NCBI RefSeq assembly: GCF_009914755.1
Contig: NC_060928.1
From: the human T2T-CHM13v2.0 reference genome, Homo sapiens
DNA length: 64,000 nt
Direction: 5' to 3' (one strand)
The stretch's first letter is position 1. Each line of letters opens with the position of its first letter. This document shows positions 52,045 to 64,000 of the stretch, in pieces. A model generated the notes under the pieces. It was not told the DNA's origin and did not search any database. It saw only the letters and a program-made list of their open reading frames with translations. A program made the position numbers and the translations under genes.

Positions 52045-53159
52045 TGAGTTGAATTTATTTGAAAGAGGTCAATGAGTCACAGCAAATGTATACATTTTTC
52101 ACTTAAATACTGTCTGCATGGCTGCTTAAACAATTCTCTTTTTCTCCAAGTAGATTCATAATAATGACTGAAATTTAATTCCAATAAATGAAATTGGTTT
52201 GTTGTTGTCAAGTAAATGTACACTATAACTGTGGAACCAAACATATATTTAGTTAATCACAGGACTCACCAGTGTCAATGAGATTAAAATATTACATTAT
52301 TGTTTTCATAAGTTGGAGAATTATCTTTAAGAAAATGAATATCCCCAAAATAAATGAGGGAAATTACATATCTGGCGTTAGCCTAAATTGAATGGAATCT
52401 TGATGTGACAATGGAAATATTCTTTTCCATCTAAAATTTCAATTTAAATTTTCTTCAATTAATATCTGTCTTCCTAAAAATGTTACATTGTTATCACTCT
52501 CTAGCAAGAAGTATACTATAATTCTTTTTTCATATGAACTAACATGATTGGTAGAACTCTCTAGAAGTAGTATGCTAAAACATTTTCTTGATATAATACA
52601 GTACCAAAGAAGAAATGTACTCTTGGGAATATATTAATTTTATGGTATAGAATTTATGAAGAAATTTCTCTGCAGGTAAGAACTTATAGTCAAAGAGTTA
52701 AAACATTTGCCTTTATTCAAAATAACTAAAAATTTTAAAAGTGTGTGCGTGCGCACATGCTACTAAAAGAATTAAGACAAATAAACTTTAATTAAATAAA
52801 ATCTGTATCTGTAGTCAACAGCTAAAATCAATCCTAATTAAAAAGAATTTTAAATGCCTTTGCATTATTTGTTCTTCTAAATGCACAGTGAAGTCACAAG
52901 GATGATGTTTGACATATTGTTATTGTGAGCACCTGTTAAAATGCAAGGCTGATATATATGTTAAACATAGGACTAAATGAGGAAAGTTCCACTTGTTATC
53001 CAGCTACTTCTGGAGGGATCCTGATATTCAGTTCAGTTGTATTAAATGGTTTGGGGACTGACAGCATGTATCCTTGTAGATTTCAATTCACAACTAGGTT
53101 TACTATCCACCCCTTAGGCCAAAAGTTCCATTTTATGCAGTACATCTAGCTTTCCTTAA

Positions 53160-53357
<198 letters not shown>

Positions 53358-53372
53358 TGATGTAAAACATGG

Positions 53373-53737
53373 TGTATTAGCCTGTTTTCACACTGCTATA
53401 AAGAATACCTGATGCTGGTTAATTTGTTACATAAAGCAAAGAGGTTTAAATGACTCACAGTTCCACATGGCTGGGAAGGCCTTGGGAAACTTACAATCAT
53501 GGCAGAAGGTGAAGGGGAAAGCAAGAACCTTCTTCACATGATGGCAGGAGAGAGCGTGCAGGGGAATCTGCCACTTTTAAAGCCATCAGATCTCAGGAGA
53601 ACTCACTCATTATCATGAGAACAGTATGGGGGAAAGCGCCGCCATGATCCAATCGCCTTCCACCACGACCCTCCCTTGACATGTGGGGATTACAATTGGA
53701 GATGAGATTTGGGTGGGGACAGAGCCAAACCATATCA
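53373..53737 (-). mobile_element. THE1D/MSTA-like MaLR solo LTR
   Basis: tgtattagcc...ccaaaccatatca; 5-bp TSD catgg/aatgg. Confidence 0.9.
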
Positions 53738-54927
53738 AATGGAAATAACCAACATTAATATTTCAGCTAAATAAATATTGAAAATAACAAAATAAAAATT
53801 TAAGAAGCCATCTTCATTCAAATGTAGGATTATAGACTATTAGAATAAGAGGAACTTTGAAGTCAAATTCAGTCTTTTACTTTTAACTCTTCATTTGCAA
53901 GTAATAAAAAGTAAACAATGAATGCTACAAGTATGTAATTCTTTTCACTTTTATTATTTCTCTCTTTGTTGACAGAATTATTTTTTAGACTGTCTTGACT
54001 CCAATACATTATTTCAAAGCATAATAACATATTTGGATTTTGATAAATGGCACACTAGGTATGAATTTTAACACAAATATATTTTTAATTACTTAATACT
54101 GTAGTGTTATTTCTTTCAAAACAAAGTAGCAGTTTATTACATGGGATTTTCCACTTTGAGCATATACTAGTCATAATTAATGAGTTTGTTTTCACTACTT
54201 TTAGAAACAAACCTATATTTGTCAGTTGACTTGTTAAAGAGAGGAACTGAGCTATTACCCCAACTGTCACAAATTAAATGGATTTATTTTGTGCTAACAT
54301 CAGTCCTGTACTCCACCTGAGATTCTAGCAAAGTTTGAACATCTCATACTGGTGCAGCAGTCACAAGTCTTCAAGAATTGTATTGGATTAATGATGCCAA
54401 TACACCTTCAAAATTTACTTCCTAAACAAATGAAAAACATTTTCTAACTGGACACCATAGCTCTCAAATTCAGATTCTTTCCACACTATAACAATCCATA
54501 CTCATAGGTAAAATCTGTACCAGGATATCATTATCAGAAGAAAAGTGCTTGCCACTGGGACCCGGTCCTTATTTCAGAGATGTTTTCCAGAAAGGGGTCC
54601 TTTTATTTTTTTCTGTCCCAGTTCTTGACATTTTGTGGTATGCTTTGAAAAAACACTGCTTTCTTAGAGCATATAACTATCTGTCCAACAACAGACTGAG
54701 GATGAATCTAATATATCAGCAGAGAAGAAAGTTCCAATATTTAAGATTTTTGCTATCCAATGATTGCAGGTTTTCGCAGCCAAAGTAGGGGCAAGAGCAC
54801 TCCTCAATTCCAATTTCAGCCACCTTAGCAAGTGTAGATGCATCATATCATGAACTAAATAATTCCAAACCACCTCCCCCTTTAGTGCCCCTTTAGTGCC
54901 CGTCTGTCTTTCAATATACTTCTTATA

Positions 54928-56661
<1,734 letters not shown>

Positions 56662-57009
56662 TCATATTAAGAGTCCTCATTGTCTAGACCTTGTTATACA
56701 ACCATAAAATTGATGGCTGATACTAATCTTTTTCCTTTAAGGCTCAGGGTTTTCAGCTTTATAGACAAAGGTAGTCCTGATCATAAAACCAACTGCATTT
56801 GAAGTATTATGATTTAATATTGCATCTTTACATTTGTTAACATTTTTCTTAATTTTGAATGGCAGCATGTATAGTCTGTAAGTGTTCGTGGGCATAAGTT
56901 TTAATAAATTTTTACTTTATAGTAGATTCACGTATATTTTATAGTAGCAAATGATACAACATATTATTAGCATCCACATCTACCGTATGCTTTCATGACA
57001 TATCTAACT

Positions 57010-57377
57010 TTTACTGCCTCTGCATGCAGCATTCCTTCCAGTTATGGGGCAGGACCCATTCTGGAATGGAGATCTTATGGCCTACAATCAAACAAGGTAG
57101 TTCAGATAATTTCTTTATGGCCAGCTCTTACACAGAAAGGTGGAGTTGGGGGGTGAATTCTTGTAATTTTTTAGGTTTGTATAGCTGGCTTTGAGGTAAA
57201 GGGGTTCTGGTTACTATAACCTGCCTAGGAGAAGAGGAATTCTAGTTTCTACAGCTAGCCTCAGGGGACAACAATGGAAGGAAGGCAGGGGGACAGTAGG
57301 AAGTCAGAGAGAAACTTTGCTTTTGAGACTACTTCTGAGGTTTTCACTTAGGGATATCATATTCTGAGCATCAATAC
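57010..57377 (-). mobile_element. ERV1 LTR fragment (MER39-like, MER4 group)
   Basis: 'tatggggcaggaccc...tctggaatgg', 'cagataatttctttatggccag', 'ttctagtttctacagctagcctc', 'ttctgagc'. Confidence 0.65.
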
Positions 57378-57674
57378 AACCATGCTGACTAGTTTGGGAG
57401 GTTATCATTACCAAAAAAAAAATCAACTTACTTTAATTTCTTGATTTCTAAAATATAAAATAAAATAAAATAAAATCTGTAAGCATGATGTAACAAAAAA
57501 ATCATGTAAGTCCCCTACAATTATACAAACCCACCCACATGAGTATCTTAGGAAGCCCATGTTATGGAAAATATATTTTTCTCTGTAATGATATTAAGTA
57601 TCTCTTAAAAAATATTATAAAAATAAAACTGAGTGGTAATAAATAATTTGAGAAGAGCTTCCTATGTGTAACAT

Positions 57675-58218
57675 TGTGATGGTTAATATTGACTGTCAAC
57701 CTGATTGGATTAAAGGATGCAAAGTATTGTTCCTGTGTGTCTATGAGGGTGTTGCCAAAGCAGATTAACATTTGAGTCAGTGGACTAGGAGAAGCAGACC
57801 CATCCTCAGTCTGGGTGGGCACCAGCTAATCAGCTGCCAGCACAGCTAGAATAAAGCAGGCGGAGGAACGTGGAAGGAGGAGACTGGCTAAGTCTTCTCG
57901 CTTTCCTATTTCTTCCATGCTGGATGCTTCCTGCCCTCTAACATTGAACTCTTAAGTTTTTCAGCTTTTGAGCTCTTTGACCTACACCAGTGATTTGCCA
58001 GAGGCTCTCAGGCCTTTGGCCACAGACTGAAGGCGGCACTGTCGGCTTCCCTACTTTTGAGGTTTGGGGACTCAGACCGGCTTCCTTGCTCTTCAGCTTA
58101 CAGACAGCTTTTTGTGGGACTTCACCTGTGATCGTGAGTCAATGCTCCTTATTAAACTCCCTTTTATAAGTACGTCTATCCTATTAGTCCTGTCCCGCTA
58201 GAGACCCTAACTAATACA
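57675..58218 (+). mobile_element. MLT2A (MLT2A2-sized, 544 bp) HERV-L solo LTR
   Basis: tgtgatggttaatattgactgtcaac...ccctaactaataca; 5-bp TSD aacat/agcat. Confidence 0.92.
57702..57712 (-). promoter_or_regulatory. DUX4-type double-homeodomain motif TAATCCAATCA
   Basis: + strand tgattggatta; fits TAAYYYAATCA. Confidence 0.65.
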
Positions 58219-58359
58219 AGCATAAACTTAATGGGTTTTGGAAATTGGAGTCCTCATGTTTTTAATTCACATTTTTTTTTTTTAGATAGGCTGGGAAGAC
58301 ATGGTTCACTCATCCATTTTTTTTTTTTATTTTATAAGATGCATCTGTAAAAATTAGAT

Positions 58360-58829
58360 TTTTTATGACTACATAGTATTCAGTGGTATATATGTACCAC
58401 ATTTAGTTTATCCAGTCTATCATTGATGTGGATTTAGGCTGATTCCATATCTTTGCTATTGTGAATAGTGCTGCAATGAACATACATGTACATGTGTCTT
58501 TTTAATAGAACAATTTATGTTCCAGCATGGACCTGGAGGCCATTATCCTTAGCAAAGTAACACAGAAACAAAAAACAAAATACTGCATATTCTCACTTAT
58601 AAGTGGAAGCTACATGATGAGAACACATGGATGCATAGAGGGAACAAAACACACTAGGGCCTGTTGGAGGTGGAGGGTGGGAGGAGGGAGAGGATCGGGA
58701 AAAATAACTAATGGGCACTAGGCTTAATGTCTTGGCGATGAAATAATCTGTACAACAAACGCCTATGACACATGTTTACCTATGTAACAAACCTACACAT
58801 GTACCCTTGAAGTTAAAAGTATAAAAAAA
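58360..58829 (+). mobile_element. Short old L1PA 3' end with 5' inversion (inverted 58360-58523, direct 58524-58829)
   Basis: Strand switch at 'tatgttcc|agcatggacctggaggcc'; TSD aaaaattagat (58349-58359 / 58834-58844). Confidence 0.92.
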
Positions 58830-59834
58830 GGTGAAAAATTAGATCAAATTGTCTTCTCCTAGAAATCTCAGCCTTGCTGACAGTTTTCTAGCACATTTCA
58901 TGTTTCTAGGAAGAAGGCCATACATATTGATTGCACACAGTTATTATTTCTTTCTTTTCTTATGTCTCTGTACATCTCCTACAAACTCACACAACCAGGA
59001 ATTTTAGGATTGGCAATTATTGTTTCTGTTTTAACTATGTCCTCATTCCTTGGGTTTAGCTTCATCATAGGATTTACTAAGTATATAAGAGTGGAATGTA
59101 ATCTATAAGGTGCTACAGAAATCTGTATTGGTAGAGAAATATGTTGTTGTAGATTTGCCACTGAATTCAAAAGTGTCTATTGTGAACGTAGACATACTAC
59201 CATGTTTTTAAATTGCGTTCTCTGTAATATTTTAAGAGGGTGAGACAATATATGCTGTATATTAAAAATATCCCTGGTTATATAATATCAATCAATTTGG
59301 AACATTGAGTTTAATATAGCTAAACAGATTTTTCAAATTGGAGAACTTCTCAGAAAAGCCATACAATAAAGCATACTGCTAAGCTTTGTACATTGGTGCA
59401 GGTTTTATTTCTCTGAAGAAAATCTCTGTAAGCTGGTATTTAACGTGGGAACACAACTTACAAAGTACACAGTTATGCTACACACAAAATGTCTACAGGC
59501 TACTTGACTTGGCTTTCTCACCGCTACATAAAACTCAGACAATAATTCAATAGTGCAACACAAAGATTTACAAATCCTATTCAACTATTTATCAATTATA
59601 TTTTAGAGATTCCTTACAATATTTCTGAGTATTTTTCTATCTCATTACTATTTAAACTATAGAAATTACAAAGAAACATAAAATAAATACAGTTTGAAAT
59701 CCCTTTTTGAATAAAATGTAAGCAAAATTATAAACTTTTTTGAAATGTGTATCCATTTTGTATTTTATGACATTTTATAGTTTACCAACACTGATACAGA
59801 TATTTTATTTACACCTCAAATGACTTCTGTATCA

Positions 59835-59915
59835 TTATATTTATTTTAGAGATGAAAAAGCTAAGGCTCAGAAAATAAAATCATTTACTTCAAAATTATA
59901 CAGCCATTGGTTAGC
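59835..59915. mobile_element. MIR core fragment
   Basis: 'tttagagatgaaaaagctaaggctcagaaa...tacttcaaaattatacagc'. Confidence 0.5.
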
Positions 59916-60159
59916 ATCCATCAGTTAAGTATTTTTCTTTTTTTATTCACTCTATTTCTTTCAAAATATAGCAAATGTGTTGAGATTCCTTCACCTGTAT
60001 GTCAGAGAATATCAAGCTAAATTATTTTTAACAAAAAGGAGATGAATGGCCTCAAGTAACTGAAAAGATCAGAAGTAGATATAGCTCCAGGCAAGGATGA
60101 GTTCAAAAACAATGAAAATAATAGGATGATAAATTAGGTTCTCCAGAGAAATATAACAC

Positions 60160-60252
60160 ATATATATATATATGATTCATATATATATGGATTCTATATA
60201 TATGGATTCTATTTATATATATGGATTCTATATATATGGATTCTATTTATAT
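60160..60252. repeat. AT-rich minisatellite (tatatatggattcta units)
   Basis: Read directly. Confidence 0.9.
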
Positions 60253-60603
60253 GTATGTGAATTCTATTTCTAGAATAGAAATATATAGATCACATTTATA
60301 TGACCTATATCTATATCTAGATATACAGATGATATATAAAGATACAGAAATATAGACACATATAAAAATATATATATAATGTTGTGTCTGAATGTAGATA
60401 TGTAAAACCTCCGTAATTATAAGATCACATGAGCTCATTATTTTAAGGAATTATCTCATGTAATCATGTGATTATGGGGCTGCAAACACCTAATACGCAG
60501 GGTAGGCCAGCAGACTGAAGAAGACCTAAAGAATAGTTGCGGTTTGAATCTAAGTGCATTCTCCTGGCAGAATTACTTTTTTTCTTGAAGATCAGTCTTT
60601 GTT

Positions 60604-60881
60604 TTTTGTTGTTGTTTTTGTTGTTGTTGTTGTTTGAGATGGCACTGCAAGCTCCTCCTCCCGGGTTCACGCCATTCTCCTGCCTCAGCCTCCTGAGTAG
60701 CTGGGACTACAGGCGCCCACCACCACGCCTGGCTAATGTTTTTTTTTTTTTTTGTATTTTTTTAATAGAGACAGGGTTTCACCATGTTAGCCAGGATGGT
60801 CTCGATCTCCTGACCTCTTGATCCTCCTGCCTCAGCCTCCCAAAGTGCTGGAATTACAGGCGTGAGCCACCAAGCCCAGCC
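60604..60881 (-). mobile_element. AluY-like element with ~45-bp right-arm deletion
   Basis: 'gagatgg|cactgcaagctcc' junction; TSD cagtctttgtt on both sides. Confidence 0.94.
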
Positions 60882-61482
60882 CAGTCTTTGTTGTTTTAAG
60901 ACCGTCAACTGATGGGATGAAATGAGGTCCACCCACTATGGAGGATATCTGCTTTACTCAAACTTTATCAATTTAATGTTTATCTCATCCCAAAAAAACA
61001 TGTTCGCAGAGACATCCAGAGTAATTTTTGACCAAATATCAGGGCACCGTGGCCCACTGAAGTTGACACCAAGTTAAACAAAGCAAGTAATCTTTTCTTG
61101 ACCTTTCTGCTTTACTCGCTCATGCATATGCTCTTTTTCTCTCCCCCTCTGTCTCTCCATGGATACAGAAATTACAGTCACTCTTCATAATTTATAAAAA
61201 TTAAAAGAAAATGTCTGTTTTTCTGGTTGCTCTAGCAAATGTCTTCAGAGTCTTCAGACTGAATTATTTCAACCTCTGTAATGAATAACTGGCTATAAAA
61301 ATCTAAAGCCCGATGATCCTGGGTCTGGAGCAGATCTCTAAATATAAACATTGGAAACTTAGGCTGGAACAAGGGAAGACACACAACAAAAAGCCTAAGG
61401 TATGTTTCATCTATTTTATCAATCATGTAACCTTTAATTTAAAATAAGCCCTTTTATGTAAAGTGTTAAGAATAGGTACCTC

Positions 61483-62526
61483 TCTGTTTTAAGTTCTTAA
61501 AGAAATTTCCAAACTGCTTTCTATAGTAGCTAAACTAATTTATATTCCCACCAACAATGTATAAGTGTTCTCTTTTCTGTGCAGACTTGTCCACATCTGA
61601 GACTCTTTGACTTCTTAACAACAACTATTCTTACTAGTGTGAGATGGTATCTCATTGTGGTTTTTATTTACATTGTTCTGCTGATGAGTTATGTGAAACT
61701 TTTTTTATGTATTTGTTGGTCTCTTGCATGTCTACTTTTGAGAAGTATCTGTTCATGTCCTTTGGTCATTTTTAATGAAGTTATTTGTTTTTTGCCTGTT
61801 GCTTTATTTCAGTTCCTTATAGTTTCTGGATATTAGACCTTTGTCAGATATGCACTTTGCAAATATTTTCTCCCATTCTGTAGGTTGTTTGTTTATTCCG
61901 TTGATAGTTTATTTTTCTATGTGGAAGCTCTGTAGTTTAATTAGGTCCCACTTATCACAGAGCTACCGTTCAACCCAGCAATCCTGTTACTGGGCATATA
62001 CCCAAAGGAAAATAAATTATTCTACCAAAAAGACATATGCACTTGTATGTTCATCACAATGCTATTCACAATAGCAAAGACTGGGAATCAAGCTGGAAGC
62101 CCACCAATGGTGGGTTAGATAAAGAAAATGCAGTACATACAGATCGTAGAATACTATGCAGCCATAAAAAGTAATAAAATCACATTCTTTGCAGCAACAT
62201 GAATGCAGCTGGGGGCCATTAATCCTAAGTAAACTAATGCAGGAACAGAAAATGAAATACAACATGTTGTCACTTATAAGTGGAAGCTAAATATTGAGCA
62301 CACATGGACATAAACCTGGAAATAATAGACACTGGAAACTACTAGAGGGGGGAGAGAGGGAGGGGGGAATAGTTTAAAAAAACTGCTTATTGGGTACTGT
62401 GCTCACTATTTGGATGATGGGATCCATATCCTAAACCTAAGCATCATGCAATGTCTCCATGCAGCCAGCGTGTACAGCCACACTGTACTCCCTGAATCAA
62501 AAGTGAAAGTTGAAATTTTTTAAAAA
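61483..62526 (+). mobile_element. L1PB-like 3' end with 5' inversion (inverted ~61483-61957, direct ~61957-62526)
   Basis: Strand switch at 'ggtcccacttatca|cagagctaccgttcaacccagc'; 3' end 'aaagttgaaatt'. Confidence 0.9.
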
Positions 62527-64000
62527 GATGCCCATCTTTTTAGTTAAACCAAAGTTATAAGCTTTAAATCATGAGAAGATTAATGATCTTACTGAGATAA
62601 TCACGTTCATATGTAGTAGATTCAAAAGTGAGTTAAAATAATAGGTTGGAGGCTAAGCTTCCCCAGCTATCCCTTTTTGCCACAATGATAGATACCTTCT
62701 TTCAAAATAGGAGTATAAATATAAAAGTCTTACAATTAATAGAGGAGAAAATATTGTCTGCATAAAGACAAAATGTAAATGGAGAGCATGTATGTTAACT
62801 TCTAAAGGATAGTTCACATAAAGCTTGTGAACCCTTCGATATTAATAGATTTTGTTGATTGTCTAGTCTGCTTTAAGCTTTTCTTTTTTTGTTTAAAATA
62901 CTCAATATGATATTATTTTTGACATGCTATGCATGTCCATAAGTTAATCGGGAATAAAGATACATGGATTTGGAAAAAGAGAAAACTGATTTCTAATTTG
63001 TGCTGCTAAGAGTAAATGTTTTCTTTAGAAAATGATCCAATCTCCTTACGTTGAACATAGCATTTATTTCCTGATGCATGCAGACCTAAACATTCAAAGA
63101 TATGTGTAGCTCCTAAACTTCTTAGACATTCTTTGAAGTGTTTAACGTTAGTTATTAATTCTGCTTGGCACCCTCTCCCCTACATCTTTTAGTCACAAGG
63201 TTTCAAAATAGCTTTTAAAAATTGAATGCCAAACTCTTTTATTTGTCCTTTTTCTTCTTTTCTAATGCCTTTAGTCTAATGCAGAGCATGATCTGAAGGC
63301 TTATGTACTATTTTGATGCTTAACTATTCTATAAAACAATGTATGTTGCCAAGTAGACAGGCTCATACTTCCTATATCAAACACAAGTCTTACTTCAGTA
63401 GTAGAATTATACGTGATAGTGAATTATCTCTATGCAGGTAAAATTTATATATTCCTCTTATTAGATCTTAATATTTCTAACCAAATTTATAACATTCTTC
63501 ACATTTCAGAGTTAATATGGCGAGACCAGCATCACTAAATCTAAGAAGAGAGAGAAACTGTTGGAGTGCCACATCATAATTCCTGGATAAAGATTTGAAA
63601 GACCATTAATATAAATAACACACATTTATCTCTGCATTAGCTTGAGCTGTTCATTTATGCAGCAGTATGTATGGAGTATCATGTAATTTGACCGTGTTGT
63701 ATGATAAACCTTTAGGATGAATTATAGATTTAAAACGACTATCCATTCTATAATGGGTGAACCAAGTAATGTAAGAATGAATCCATAGTGACAATTTAAA
63801 TTGGAATTCAAGAAAAAGAACACTTTATTTGCTTCATAAAAACCTGTGAGGCATTGCTATTGAATAACGTAAGCAGAATGCAGTCATATAAATCTTCTTA
63901 ATTTACATCTAGGGCTTTATTATGCATATTTGATAGCACTCTGAAGAACTTCAATTTACAGACTTTTGGAACTTTACCAATCCCAAAAGAAGTGCTAAAC

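Larger units (their letters stand above)
60130..61085 (-). mobile_element. MLT2C/D-like ERVL LTR with AT-rich minisatellite and nested Alu
   Basis: 'ggttctccagagaaa', 'tcaactgatgggatga', 'tttgaccaaatatcagggcaccgtggccc...aagttgacac'. Confidence 0.75.

Noticed and set aside
54875-54901. Short tandem duplication of cccctttagtgc (similar one at ~38516-38540)
   Set aside because: Ordinary replication slippage with no further structure

Overview
This is a primate (human-like) AT-rich, repeat-dense window with no recognisable cellular protein-coding exon, RNA gene or CRISPR array. It is mostly nested retro- and DNA-transposon remnants: old L1M/L1PB/L1PA, nine Alus or Alu fragments, MaLR/ERV1/ERVL solo LTRs, MER2, Tigger2, L2 and MIR. 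Family names come from recalled consensus sequences, not from a database search. The standout is a ~4.5-kb rearranged HERV-H at 18435-22961. Its two LTRs point towards each other. The precise ...CA end of the 3' LTR is fused directly to the antisense strand of pol, which looks like autointegration. That junction is copied again in a ~390-bp inverted arm whose breakpoint lies in the loop of a 14-bp hairpin. A displaced gag zinc-knuckle fragment is patched in, and the primer-binding site is Phe-like rather than His. Other points: three twin-primed (5'-inverted) L1s, an MLT2A LTR with a perfect DUX4 motif, a fold-back duplication inside an AT microsatellite, and an unexplained 98-bp direct repeat 2.1 kb apart in apparently unique DNA.
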